A stretch of DNA of 62,605 nucleotides from Octopus bimaculoides (lineage: Eukaryota): the NCBI RefSeq assembly GCF_001194135.2, contig NC_068991.1:71233026-71295630 (forward strand). Direction: 5' to 3'. Below are positions 1-13,361 of the stretch, one piece after another. Below the pieces are notes generated by a model. The model did not search any database. It saw nothing but the letters and a program-made list of their open reading frames with translations, and had not been told where the DNA came from. The stretch's first letter is position 1, and every line of letters begins with the position of its first letter. Made by a program: the position numbers and the translations under genes.

Positions 1-107
1 GTTTGTCTAAAATTTTAGCATTTTTACTCTTCCACATTGAATGTTCTGAGAAAACACAGACACAAACCATGTATGCGTGTGTGTGTGTTTGTATGTATGT
101 ATGTATG

Positions 108-162
<55 letters not shown>

Positions 163-1403
163 GCACACATACTCAGTCACATATATGCACGGACATACAT
201 GCATGCAAACATACATATGCACACACACAAAGATACATGCTCATCACACATAGATGCACACGCACACATTCTTCCCCTTCTCTCTCTCTCTCTCTCTCTC
301 TCTCTAGGCTGTTGGTGCGATGACAGGGTGCTTTGCACAAGGTCTCAGCAAAACTTCCACTGAATCTGGTTGGAATATATTAGAATGTTAAGAAACTTGG
401 CCAAATAGCACAAAACTCTTCTGCTCAAGGCTCCATCAGTTATACTAACCATACACTGATATACCATATTTCCCAGCATACAAACCAACATAGTATAAAC
501 GTTCAAACATCATTATTCTCTTTCCAATTCCTGCTGCGCTATTTCACATGAAATTTTTAGTCTGAAAGATTTGACTTGTATACCAGAAAATAGGGCACGT
601 ATAATTTGGTAGAAGAAATTTACCCATGGTTCTGTACCGTGGCACCAAATTCAAAGCTATGTGATTATGATGAAACGTCTTGACCACATGGTCCATTTTG
701 TGTCCATTTAAAATTCTGTCCCTTAATCCAGGAAGTATAATTCCGCTCACCCCCAATCAGTCTAGAAAACTCAACGTGTATAGAGTCTTTCTTCATTTGA
801 GATTTATTGAAGATTTATCTCTGAAAAGAGCTACCAAAATTAATTCTTTTGTTACAAACCTGCTTGTGACTGCCTCTCATTCTACAGTACACAATAATAT
901 CTTTGCAACATACTCAGCATATATCATTGCAATGTCAGAGGCTACAGTGGCCATCTGAGCAAAAGATCCCATTATAGACATATTGTTAAGAATGCTCAAA
1001 GGAGCAAAATTGTTCCCTGAAGCATCTGCGAGAGTGACAGATGTGCATTTCACAGTTATTGAGGCTTGTCAATGCCACATTCTCAGATTTTAAGTATATC
1101 GTATAAAGATATTAATCTAGAGTTGCTTCCATTGATTGCACAATTTGAATACAAAATAATGTTTTAACCCTTTAGTGTTTTAAACCAGTCATATTTGGAC
1201 CAAATATATTTGCTGTTGTATATTTAAACCAACCGTGTCCAGTCTCTCGTGTACCCTACAGTGTTATTGTAGAAACATACAATCACCTCATTGAAATCTC
1301 GAAGCTATGAGATTTGATGGAAATGAAAGTTTAGTTTACTAAAACACTCCGAATACTTGATTTTCAAAGTTAATTAAGCCACATAAGGTGGCAGGTCAGT
1401 GTA

Positions 1404-1602
1404 TTTACTCTCTTTTACTTGTTTCAGTCATTTGACTGCAGCCATGCTGGAGCATCGCCTTTAGTCGAGCAAATCAACCCCGGGACTTATTCTTTGTAAG
1501 CCCAGTACTTATTCTATCAGTCTCTTTTGCCGAACCGCTAAGTGACGGGGACATAAACACACCATCATCGGTTGTCAAGCAATGCTAGGGGGACAAACAC
1601 AT

Positions 1603-1654
<52 letters not shown>

Positions 1655-1812
1655 GGCTTCTTTCAATTTCCGTCTACCAAATCCACTCACAAGGCTTTGG
1701 TCAGCCCGAGGCTATAGTAGAAGACACTTGCCCAAGATGCCACGTAGTGGGACTGAACCCAGAACCATGTGGTTGGTAAGCAAACTACTCACCACACAGC
1801 CACTCCTGTGCC
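1404..1812 (-). mobile_element. tRNA-derived SINE, family A (local label), near full length
   Basis: Head with GGTTC..GTTCAGTCCC B-box-like motif, body GGCACCTTGGGCAAGTGTCTTC, internal (TA/CA)n tract and GTAAAAGA-type tail; shared with many copies in the window. Confidence 0.85.
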
Positions 1813-2227
1813 TATATTTCATCAGAAATATAGTAAAGAAAGGATAAGGATGAACCCTTTTGTAACCATATTTCGGTTGAAATACACAACCTTTGTTATA
1901 ATTAATTTTGGAAATAATAAAGGATTTAATAGAATCTCTTTATCGTTATTAAAGCGGAATCTGGAACATAAATTAACAGGAAATCTTAAAGGAAGATTTT
2001 AATTTCTATCACTTAAAATCTGGAAGTTTATAACATCGAAATTGAGGTGGTGTTGCATTGTTTGGTATCAAACGGGTTAAAGTTTCAAATCTTTCTTGAA
2101 GCAAATGTGGTCATCTCACAATGATTTGAAAAACTTGGGTCAACTGGGACCATCCAAACAGTTTATTAGACAAAACTCCTTATAGAGGGCAACCTAGAGG
2201 GATAACTTTTATAAAACCATATGACTG

Positions 2228-2365
2228 AATCTCTCCGAGAACTACGTTAAGAGTACACGTGTCTGTGGAGTGCTCAGCCACATGTGCGTTAATTTCACGA
2301 GCAGGTTGTTCCGTTGATTGGATCAACTGGAACCCTCGTCGTCGTAACCGACGGAGTGCCACATC
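2228..2365 (+). mobile_element. SINE family C, 3' fragment
   Basis: gaatctctccgagaactacgttaag...gtcgtaaccgacggagtgcc matches ~13218-13351. Confidence 0.85.
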
Positions 2366-2391
2366 ATCATGTAGAGAAAACTTAGTTGTTT

Positions 2392-2434
<43 letters not shown>

Positions 2435-3614
2435 TTTGTCTTTTTCTTTTTGCTTTGAAAATATCGGATATTCTTAGATTCAGAGTTTCCTACAATGGTT
2501 AGTTGAGCTTTCTTCATGGTAGTGGCTGTTGCTTAGATTCATGTGGGCACTGATCTATTAGACTTAATCTCTTAATAGATTCCAGTTGTAACCACCCAGT
2601 CTCCCCCACCTCAGTCCCAAATATAGTATAGCTAAGACTACATTATCCAATGTCACTTAAGGGGCTATTTGGCTATTATTTCTAACAGGTAAAGCAATCA
2701 CACTGGATTTCATTTGTCGGTATCATTGGTGTTTATTCAGCAGAATATTGACTGAATGTGTCCCAACAGTAACCATCTTTAGAGTCTAAGATTTATATTG
2801 TCAAATAAGGTTGTTGTTTTTTTGTTTTTATTATTATAAATGGTTCTTGTAAGAATTGGTCCTTATTTTTTGCAAACCAGGTAACTAGACAGAGGCTTGC
2901 TTTTTGGTTTGTCTTCAATATTTACTTTCTATGTCAGCTAAACATTTCGTTCTGCTAAAGAATGATTTTTGTTTTTTCGTTTGTTTGGCTTTTTTTTTCC
3001 CAGCTTCATTTGAACAAAACCATATCTGCTGTGATGGCACACAGAATGTGTGATCCAGAGATAGAGATAGGCGAGCTAGAAAGATAGACAGATAGACGAA
3101 TTGAAGGATTGTAATGTCTCGCACAAGCAAAATGGTGTGTGCTGCTTAAGGTGTATCGTTTAGACAACTTTAATTTATCTAGATGAAAATGTAGTGTGAG
3201 GTTGAGGGTGTGGGGCTGGTTAAAGTGTGGCACAGAAAAGAAGAAGAAAAAAACTGATGGGAAATGAAGAACAAGATGGTGGGTGGATATAAGGCAGAAG
3301 CGAGAGAAATGTCTCTAGGCAGGGAAAAAAAGGGAGATTTTAATAACAAGAGAGAGTAAGGTTATCCCTGATGGATGGGGCTAGAATTATTGATCAATAA
3401 AGATGCTAGGAGTTTTGTTTATTTATTTCGTTCATTTTTTTTTTTTAATACATCACCAGGTTTAAACAAGAAATGGCATTTTATATGGAGAAGAGGAATT
3501 TTTCTTTTTTCTGTTTTTGTTTCTTCGTTTTTTTTAAACTCAAAGATTCATTATATTGGAAGGAAAATCATGTAGATAAAAACACTCTGGTTTAAAATAT
3601 GGCTGCCTGCTGTA

Positions 3615-3645
<31 letters not shown>

Positions 3646-3880
3646 GTGTGTATTTATATATGTATGTATGTATGTGTGTGTGTATATATATATATTTTTC
3701 CATAAAACATATGAAAGAAAATATGTTAAATTTAAACTGAAGTAGCCCCATTGCAGGAAAAATTAATAAGACTGCAAGCTTTCAGAGAGCGGGAGTGTGT
3801 GTTTGTTTGTGTGTGTGTGTGTGTGTGTGTTTTATCTCCAAGGATGGTGCAGTAGAATGTGGCATTGGCCTGAGGGTGGT

Positions 3881-4539
3881 NNNNNNNNNNNNNNNNNNNN
3901 NNNNNNNNNNNNNNNNNNNNNNNNNNNNNNNNNNNNNNNNNNNNNNNNNNNNNNNNNNNNNNNNNNNNNNNNNNNNNNNNNNNNNNNNNNNNNNNNNNNN
4001 NNNNNNNNNNNNNNNNNNNNNNNNNNNNNNNNNNNNNNNNNNNNNNNNNNNNNNNNNNNNNNNNNNNNNNNNNNNNNNNNNNNNNNNNNNNNNNNNNNNN
4101 NNNNNNNNNNNNNNNNNNNNNNNNNNNNNNNNNNNNNNNNNNNNNNNNNNNNNNNNNNNNNNNNNNNNNNNNNNNNNNNNNNNNNNNNNNNNNNNNNNNN
4201 NNNNNNNNNNNNNNNNNNNNNNNNNNNNNNNNNNNNNNNNNNNNNNNNNNNNNNNNNNNNNNNNNNNNNNNNNNNNNNNNNNNNNNNNNNNNNNNNNNNN
4301 NNNNNNNNNNNNNNNNNNNNNNNNNNNNNNNNNNNNNNNNNNNNNNNNNNNNNNNNNNNNNNNNNNNNNNNNNNNNNNNNNNNNNNNNNNNNNNNNNNNN
4401 NNNNNNNNNNNNNNNNNNNNNNNNNNNNNNNNNNNNNNNNNNNNNNNNNNNNNNNNNNNNNNNNNNNNNNNNNNNNNNNNNNNNNNNNNNNNNNNNNNNN
4501 NNNNNNNNNNNNNNNNNNNNNNNNNNNNNNNNNNNNNNN
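3881..4539. other. Assembly gap; others at 11814-11963, 26320-26613, 30649-31300, 44858-45299, 51042-51576, 52054-52300
   Basis: Runs of N, mostly abutting microsatellites or homopolymers. Confidence 0.99.
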
Positions 4540-5802
4540 CCTCCACTCTCTTTCTCTCCAATTTACATTCTACAGAACTGAAGTTTTGATGGACTCAGCT
4601 TTTGATGTGGTTCTTCTGCAACTCTACCAGAAGACAATATTAGCAGTTCTAAAGTCGCTTGGGAAGAATAGGGACTTAGAAATGAACAAAATAAATAATT
4701 ATTTCAAATTTATCTGGCCTGATTAAATTAACAAAGACTTCTTTTACTTTCATATTCTTTATTTTTCATTTCCTTTTTTTCATTTTTTTTTTTTTTACAG
4801 TTATTGTGTTGGCTAATGTATTTTTACAATACATAAGAAAAAAAAATTTTTTTCACAAAGTAAATTGAGTCTATTATTTTTTTTTCTGCTGAAAAATGTA
4901 TTTTTATTTTCAAATAGTGTTTTTTAGAAATATATTTTGTATTGCGTGTCTGTTTTCTTCTCCTCTTATATCTCTCTCTTCCTCATATATATATGTATAT
5001 ATATATATGTATATAGTTAAAATTATGTAGGACACAATTGTTCTTTTAAAACCATTCCACTCTTTTGAAAGTCACATTCAGATGAATCATACAGTAAAAT
5101 ATCTTGGACTGTCTGTGAGTGAATGGTTATCCAGCCATCCTTGCTGGCCTCCTGAACTGTTGTCTGTGCCGACTTCCATTGCTCTAAGTAGGTGATGGAC
5201 ATCTATCACCCTACGTGGGATGCTGAACTTTGACATGTCCCTTATCTTCATGGTAGAATTATGAACCCAAAGGTGTCGCCCTCTGAACAGCTATGGCAAT
5301 CATGATGCACGATTCTTGAATTGTGTTCTACATTTTAGCCAATCCCTGAACAACGAAATGACAGGAGTCAGTGTAACAGGGTTAGGAGTCCCCTAACCAT
5401 GAGGACTGAACTAGCTACAGTCCCAGCGATGATGTAGTAGTCTTTTTGCTATTGCTCAACATGTAAGAAGGAAACATGTGTGACTACATTCAGACAGGAT
5501 GGCCAAGAATGGAATCCTCATCATCTAACAACCCATTGTCCATACTTTGCATGGGTCAGACTGAATTTGTTGAGGTAGATTTCCTATGACTGGACGCCCT
5601 TCCTGTAACTAGCCCTCACCTTGTTTCTAAGCAAGGTAATGTTTTTCCATAGCTGGACAAGGTTTTTCATGGAAGAGTGAACATGAACAACACTGTTTAT
5701 ATGATGATGATGATGATGATGTTTATTTACAACCATCACATGATATGTAGAAGAGGGATACAATGCATGCAAATACACACACACACATACAGATGCATTA
5801 AT

Positions 5803-5943
5803 GGGCGTCTTTCAGTTTCCCTCTACCGAATCCACTCACAAGGCTTTTTCACCAGCTCACCCAAAGTGCCTGTTCTGTGGGACTGAACTCAACACCGAAT
5901 GGTCAGAGAGCAAGCTTCCCAACGACACATCTACACTTGTGCC
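5803..5943 (-). mobile_element. SINE family A, 5' half, degenerate
   Basis: Contains tttcagtttcc..ctaccgaatccactcacaaggcttt and tgggactgaac. Confidence 0.65.
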
Positions 5944-6865
5944 TTTGTTTATATATTAGTCTGCTTATTCAGGGTCCATCTGAGGCTGACCAGTGATCAC
6001 CAATCTGTTTACTTCTGTGCTCTCAAGCCATAAACCGTCTTTTCTAAGTAGATTTGGTACTTGAAGCAGTGGTCAAGCTAATTGTCACCACCAAATCAAC
6101 ACTTACACAAACATACATCCTTGCACACAAGCACACCTGTTCTGACATTATAGTCTAAATTAGACCACTTAAAAAAGGTCCATCCCGGATACTTTCTGGT
6201 TCAACACACAAATGATGGTACAATGACCGGAAGAGAAATTCTCAGCAATATCTACCTTACTCTTGGAAGAATTTAAAATCAAAACAATTGGGAGTAAATA
6301 TGTATGTACCTGTACTAATTATCTGAGGTTTTTAGAAACCGTTGTGTCCTTGAGCAAGGCACTTCATTTCACACTCCTCGAATCTATTCATCCATAGTAT
6401 TGCATCAGCCAGGTGCTGGTGCAACACTTCCTCCCTCCGACTGTCATATTCTGAATTGTCCACTAGATCAAGAGTATCTGTCTTCTCGGTACTATACAGG
6501 TACCTAAAAACAATAGAGAGCACAAGGCCTTACTCACTCATGAATTATTATTTGTTGTTGAGCACTGGGGTGGGGTCAATGTTATCAACTTACCCTCTCC
6601 CCTAAAATTGCTGGTTATGTGCCCATAGCAGAAACGATTATTATTATTATTATTGAGTGCAAGGAAAAAATGCCTGACAGAATGATTAGAACTTCAGAAA
6701 AGCTGCTTTGCAATATTTCCTCTGGCTTTTTAAATTCTGAATTTAAATGGTGCTAAGGTGAACTTTGCCCTTCATCTCCCCCTGGGGGTTGATAAAATAC
6801 CAGTCAGGTACTGGGGGTTGATGGTATTCATTAACCACGTTCCTCGAACCATTTCCATTATTGCA

Positions 6866-6902
<37 letters not shown>

Positions 6903-6904
<2 letters not shown>

Positions 6905-7126
6905 GACCGTTTAGTGTTTAAACTGACCATATCCAGCCCTAGTATTCTACATGTTCTGCGTTCAAACTGGCCATGTCTAGCCTCTTACATCTAAACTGCA
7001 TTGACATCCTCAAAATAATCACATTATTGAAACCTCAAAACTATAAGATTATACAGGATGAATTCAAAACAATTTGCGTAAAAAAGCCTTATATTTAACA
7101 GAGAAATCCGAACGCTAAAGGGTTAA
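6903..7126 (+). mobile_element. piggyBac-like MITE (TTAA-CCCTT termini); partial copies at ~1164-1312 and ~20768-20960
   Basis: Ends gctaaagggTTAA; body matches 1164-1312 and the reverse complement of 47497-47694. Confidence 0.7.
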
Positions 7127-7350
7127 GGTGCGTAGCTGGCAGAATTGACAGGCATTGGGGGGGGGGGTCGTTTCCGTATTTGTTCCAGTTCTTTACTCTG
7201 TGAGTTCAAATCTTGTTAAGGCCAGCTTCGTTTTTCTTCCATCTGCGATTTGCCAAATGAAATACCAATGAAATACTGAGCCAAATTGTATCAGTCAACC
7301 CCACCACACCACAAAAATTTTTTGACCTTGTTCTTAAATTAGAAACAATT
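7127..7350 (+). mobile_element. SINE of the family B/D head type, degenerate
   Basis: agctggcagaattg...gagttcaaat...tgaccttgttcttaaattagaaac; another degenerate copy lies at ~6655-6885. Confidence 0.55.
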
Positions 7351-7627
7351 TAAATTATTCGAATACTGAACAGAATGCCTTGTGTTTCCTTTCAAGTCCT
7401 GCTTTAAGTTGAACGATGCTTTTTATTCTTTCAAGAATAGAGTACCAGTGAAATAAAGAAGTACCAAGCTGATGTAACCAACTGCCCCCATTCCTCAAAT
7501 TTCAGATCTTGTGCCCCTGCTAGAAACAGTCTATTATTATTCACCCAGAATAAGGGCGAAGTGGCTCGATCTACAACCCCAGGACTTATGGAAACCTTAT
7601 ATGCTCTTTCGCTCATAGAAAACATTA

Positions 7628-7990
7628 CCAACCACATGGTTCCAGGTTCAGTCCCACTGTGTGGCACCTTGGGCAAGTGTCTTCTACTATAGCCTCGGGC
7701 CGACCAAAGCCTTGTGAGTGGATTTGGTAGACGGAAACTGAAAGAAGCCCGTCGTGTATATGTATATATGTGTGTGCGTTTGTGTGTCTGTGTTTGTCCC
7801 CACAACATCGCTTGACAACCGATGCTGGTGTGTTTACATCCCCGTAACTTAGCGGTTCGGCAAAAGAAGACCGATAGAATAAGTTCTAGGCTTCCAAAAA
7901 GAATAAGTCCTGGGGTCGATTTGCGCTCGACTAAAGGCGGTGCTCCAGCATGGCCGCAGTCAAAAATGACTGAAACAAGTAAAAGAAAGT
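7628..7990 (+). mobile_element. SINE family A, 5'-truncated
   Basis: Matches the reverse complement of 1404-1812 and 10185-10586. Confidence 0.85.
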
Positions 7991-8495
7991 ATAAACCTAG
8001 AAGCGGTTCTCTCCCCTTAAGGAGACTATTCACCTTCTCTATCAGTTCATAGTAACTACTCTCGCTTCCTCTCTATAAGCAGCAGCAGCAGTTGTAGTGC
8101 CCTGTCAGAATAACCACGTGTATAGTATTATCATTGTTATTATTAATCCTAGAATCTGCATGCGTGTGCTTGGGTTTTTGACTGCAATTGTAGAATGGTT
8201 TTTGTTTGTTAAGTGACTTGAGGAATATGTTTCATGTCTGTTATGCAATTTGTAAAATGACCTGACCTTAATGGAAGATGTCAACAATATGGGACTGGCA
8301 TGATGTTACTGTGTGTCTTTGAGGAGTAGCTAATCGTTAGCGCTGTATTTAGTCACTGGCACAAATTAATTAGTTCTGAAGCAATTAGACAGGACAGCGA
8401 AAAACAGAGTTACTGATCGAAATTGCAAGTTAATTACCCAGTTGGTGTCGAAAGAGTTAAGAAGCAACCCTAGGATTATAATAAACTATAATATT

Positions 8496-8590
8496 GCAAT
8501 GGTAGTACAAGTAGACAGCATGTCAGTTTCATAATCAAACTGTCATGCTGAGCAGTCTAAAGGTCGTGAGTTCAATCCTCGCATGGAGCT
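8496..8590 (+). pseudogene. Degenerate tRNA-Met(CAT) with ~21-nt insert after the anticodon, followed by a T-run
   Basis: TCAGTTT-CAT-A at 8523-8533 and AAGGTCGTGAGTTCAATCCTCGCATGGAGC at 8560-8589 resemble the elongator tRNA-Met anticodon arm, T arm and 3' end. T stem GTGAG/CTCGC pairs; the acceptor stem is broken. Oligo-T from 8590 resembles a Pol III terminator. Confidence 0.6.
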
Positions 8591-10184
8591 TTTTTTTTTT
8601 TCCTAGTATCATTTTGTTTCTTTCTTTTTTTATTGTGGGTCAGAGAGTAGAATCAATGTGTAGTGCAGTGCTGAAAGTACCTTGTGGTTTTTTAATTCAT
8701 CCCGTTACATTCTGGGTTCAAATACTTGTCCAGATCTAATTTGTTTTTCATCTTTTCAGAGATCGCTAAAATAGATTTGTGGAGGTCATTGTAATTTAGC
8801 AAGCTTTAAATAAAAACACTCCCAGCATGGCTCGGGTTCTAATCACTGGAAATGGAAAACGATTAAAAGAATTGGAATGGTGGGATTATTGTTTTCTTTT
8901 TTTCTTCCCCTCCCACTCCTTCTGCTTGTACAAACTCAGAACATTTTGCAAGCGAATGAGGCGACACCAATGGTGGTGGGCATCAACTTTGCATATTGAT
9001 CGACCACCTTCAATTGTTATAATAACGGTTTATGGTGGTCGAAAGAGGCACTGATAGAGATTGCTGTATAAACTAACATCAGAGCAAAATGATTTTAACA
9101 AATTTAGATATTTTCTAAATGAATTCGTTTACCAATGTCTAAATTACTACCGTTACCGGGTGTTATTTTACGATTTATTGCAAAACATGCACATGTGAAA
9201 TGAAAGCACTTCGTCTTTTACTGATTGGACGGTGGTAGCTAGACCAAGGATTGAACTCATCAATCTATATTTAAGTGTTCTGGTTTCTTAATTTAAATGT
9301 TATTTATTATTTGTTTGTTTGTTTTTTCCTTCATACAAAAACTTGTTTTGATTTAGGCAATATTTTCGTTGGGTGATGCTGGGAGGGTATTTTCGGTTTA
9401 TTTGAAGTTTATAATTACATAGAGGGCGAAAAACTATGAAGAATTTGATTATGAAATTAGATTTGGCATAATTTAAGTTTGAGACATGTTTCGGTTGGAC
9501 ATATTGCAGGAAAACTTTGGCAGTTCTTTAGAGTAAAACATATTTTAGCAATGGCAATTGGAGTACTAATCGTATTTTGTGTGTTTGTATCATCATCATC
9601 ATATTGTATGCTTGGATGATTTTGACAGGTCCTAGCAGGCTGAAGAACCGATATGTTGGAACAAAACATGATCCTCCAACCTCTGTGTGTGCGTATATAC
9701 ACAAACACACGCACATTATGTATGTATAGTCTGCTTTTCTTTTAAGGTAAGATCAACAAAAACCGGACTCCATCCGATGAGAAGTAGATATTGTTTAATG
9801 TACATAGTTTATGGCTATGAGTTACTAACGGTTTCATACATAGAATATATTATCTAGCAGGTTTTAAAACAGGTCTAGTGTCTCCACTAAAGAATACTTG
9901 AAGACGCTAGGCACATTTTAAAGCCTGCATTGATATCCATATTGTATGAAATAGTCAAAGTTAGTTGTGAGGTCAAACCTGACAGACTGGGTGACTGTAA
10001 AGGGAGGCTACCCAAACTAAGATTGTAATTATCAAGGGAAGTTATTATATGCAACTCATAAACCTTGAGGCTTACAAATTTATTTGGATTTATCAGGGAA
10101 GTCGAGGTACCTGGAAATTTTCCAAGAGTAAATTCCTCTGTCGTCTGCTGGATAATACTTCTGACAATCAATTTTGAAGAGATA

Positions 10185-10586
10185 TTACTCTTTTTACTCT
10201 TTTACTTGTTTCAGTCATTTGACTGCGGCCATGCTGGAGCACCGCCTTTAGTCGAGCAAACCGACCCCAGGACTTATTCTTTGGAAGCCTAGTACTTATT
10301 CTATCGGGTCTTTTGCCGAACCGCTAACTTACGGGGACGTAGACACACCAGCATCGGTTGTCAAGCGATGTTGGGGGGACAAACATATACACACACATAC
10401 ATGTACATATATATACATCTATACGACGGGCTTCTTTCAGTTTCCGTCTATCAAATCCACTCACAAGGCTTTGGTCGGCCCGAGGCTATAGTAGAAGACA
10501 ATTGCCCAAGGGGCCACGCAGTGGAACTCAACCCAAAACCACGTGGTTTGTAAGCAAGCTACTTACCACACAGCCACTCCTACGCC
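10185..10586 (-). mobile_element. SINE family A, full length
   Basis: Same head, body and tail; tail repeat tactcttt(t)tactctttt at ~10185-10205. Confidence 0.85.
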
Positions 10587-11637
10587 TATAATATATATAT
10601 TATTTAATCTTTGTTTTTCCATGCTGAAAAAAGGTAATAAAACTAGAGAAATTATTGTTAGTAGACTGAATTGTTGATATCAAGCATGCAACTGTTTCTG
10701 CAACAAGGCTTCAGATAATATATGTGTTTTAGAATCAGGAGAGCCTTGTACGTCAAGGCTGAGAATTCTAAGTCGAGAGGAAGAGGGGGGGTGGAAAACG
10801 ATGTTAAATTAAGTTCATCCTGAAGTCATCTGCATGGGAACAAAAACTGCAGATGGTAACACTGTAGAAGAGTATGAATGGAGAAAGTGAGTGGAGCCTT
10901 ATTGCATACCTTGTCCCCTCTCTCCTGCTCACCTTCCCCTGGTGTAAGAACAATGGTGCCAGTGAAATTGTTTCCTTGGAAACTATGGTAAATGAGATAC
11001 AGTGTGTTCTAGCCAATGATCTGTGAGTATTGGACAATTGTTTTATGCAAAAAAAAAAGACCCCCCCCCAAAAAAAAACTGTATTTTGTGAAAGAATTCA
11101 AGGCATCATAATTTGCTGACAGACTTAATAAATGTCAAATGTTTGTGTTTTATAGTTGCCTATAGAACATGAACCAATTCTTTCTGTTTGATATAGAGCA
11201 TTACAAGAATTTTTTGGAAAAAAAAAATCAAAAAATAAAGAACAGTTTATCTTTTACTACAAGACTCTCTTAATACTTATTTGTTGTCTATAGAGGAACT
11301 TTTTTTATTTTATTTTATTTTATTTTTTCTTGGAATATATAAGGAATTTAATTTTTAAAGTTTTGACAGTATTTGATCCAAGTGATTGGGAAAATGTCAG
11401 ATATATTTCAAACCGCATCATTATCGTCATCACCAACTGTCTTCCACCAAGATTGTCTTTGCATTTACCCTTTCTGGTGTCGTTAAAATAAAATACCAGT
11501 CAAGCGCTGGGGGCCATGGTAGTGACTAACCCCACCCCCATCAGAATTGCTGGTTTCACTGTCCTTTATATAGTCCTAAATGTTCTTAGCAGCCCTTGTG
11601 GCCAACAAAGTATTTATTAAAACATCTGTATTATCTA

Positions 11638-11813
11638 GAGCATGGCTGTGTGTTTAGTTTCTTTCCCAAACACATGGTTCTAGGTTCAGTCCCACTACCT
11701 GGCACCTTGGGCAAATGTCTTCTACCATAGCCTCAGACCGACCAAAGCCTTGTAAGTGGATTTGGTAGGCGGAAACTGAAAGAAGCCCGTCGTGTATATA
11801 TATATATACATAT
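11638..11813 (+). mobile_element. SINE family A, 5' half running into an assembly gap
   Basis: catggctgtgtg...ggttcagtcccact..ggcaccttgggcaaatgtcttctacc...gaaactgaaagaagcccgtcg, then (TA)n and Ns. Confidence 0.8.
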
Positions 11814-12969
11814 NNNNNNNNNNNNNNNNNNNNNNNNNNNNNNNNNNNNNNNNNNNNNNNNNNNNNNNNNNNNNNNNNNNNNNNNNNNNNNNNNNNNNNN
11901 NNNNNNNNNNNNNNNNNNNNNNNNNNNNNNNNNNNNNNNNNNNNNNNNNNNNNNNNNNNNNNNTATATTATAAGGTTTTTAAACTTTTAAATTTTCATAT
12001 TCAAAAGAGACAGAGACTTCAAATTCGATATATCGATTTATTCACCACTCTATGTTAACATTTCTGTGCCAAACTTATCCAGTGACTGGTCCATTGGATT
12101 TAGACATCCTCTGGGAAAATTATTATATATATATATATATATATATAGTGGTGCTGGTAGACGTTGTGGCTGTATCACAAGAGACAAATAGGTTTAGTGG
12201 TGCCAAAATGGTGGAAATACATTGTGTGTGTGTGTGTGTAGATTGTTTCTGATGTGTGGTGGTAAAGGATGCAAGCACAGATGAGAAAAGTGAAAAACTA
12301 GTCTTTAAGATTGAAATTCCTTGATGTTTGTTTTGTATTGAGTTACAGACACTCCCTTGTCACTCGGACAATCAAGAATAGTGAGAACTGGTTATGAGCT
12401 CTTTGGGAATATCTAACCAGAGATGCTATTATTCACCAATTTGCAATATAAAATGGACACATAAGCTACTATAGGCACAAGCATGGCTGTGTGGTCTTCT
12501 GCTATAGGCCCTGGCTGACTTAATCCTTGTGAGTGGATGTGGTTGACAGAAACTGAAAGAAGCCCATTGTGTGTGTGTGTGTGTTCCACTGTCATAAATA
12601 CTGTCTTTCATTTCCTATCTTCCATGAAACCATGTCTGGTCATTGGGAAATATTACCTTAGTTGGGACGAGCTAAGGGTTGGCAACAGGAAGGTCATCCA
12701 ACTGTAGAAAATTCCCCTCAAAAGATTTCGTCCTGTCCATGTAAGCATGGAAAAGTGGACATTAAAACGAAGACGATGATCATCACACATGCAGCCCACA
12801 TTTTCAGTGTTAATGCATAATGGTGCCATTTCTCCAGGTGTTTTCTATTCATTCCCATTGTAACACCTGGACTTTTTCTGTATCTTTTAATCCGGCCATT
12901 TGTGCATTAGCATCATATATGCCAAGATGCTGGTTTGTTATCATATCCCTCCTCTCTACTCCCTACAGC

Positions 12970-13361
12970 TGTGGAGGCGCAATGGCCCAGTGGTTAGGGC
13001 AGCGGACTCGTGGTCATAGGATCGCAGTTTCGATTCCCAGACCGAGCGTTGTCAGTGTTTATTGAGTGAAGACACCTAAAGCTCCACGAGGCTCCGGCAG
13101 GGGATGGTGGCGAACCCTGCTGTACTCTTTCACCACAACTTTCTCTCACTCTTACTTCCTGTTTCTGTTGTGCCTGCATTTCAAAGGGGGCCAGCCTTGT
13201 CACACTGTGTCACGCTGAATATCCCCCGAGAACTACGTTAAGGGTACACGTGTCTGTGGAGTGCTCAGCCACTTGCACGTTAATTTCACGAGCAGGCTGT
13301 TCCGTTGATCGGATCAACTGGAACCCTCGACGTCGTAACCGACGGAGTGCCAACAGCAACA
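12970..13361 (+). mobile_element. tRNA-derived SINE, family C (local label), full length with TSD
   Basis: A box TGGCCCAGTGG, B-box-like GTTTCGATTCC, (AAC)n-like tail. TSD ACTC(C/T)CTACAGC at 12958-12969 and 13362-13373. Confidence 0.85.

Noticed and set aside
340-1140. Coding-like composition suggesting a decayed LINE ORF on the minus strand
   Set aside because: Multiple stops and no motif I can identify confidently; needs translated HMM or Dfam searches.
3782-4726. Long ORFs spanning N runs (also near 26, 30.6, 44.8, 51 and 52 kb)
   Set aside because: Artefacts of undetermined bases.
9625-9670. CTGAAGA followed by a 4-bp stem (CCGA-TATG-TTGG) as a hammerhead
   Set aside because: No GAAA, stem III or stem I can be formed.
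12970-13050. SINE heads (families A-D) as functional tRNA genes
   Set aside because: They have A/B boxes but no complete cloverleaf, and continue into SINE bodies with tails and TSDs.
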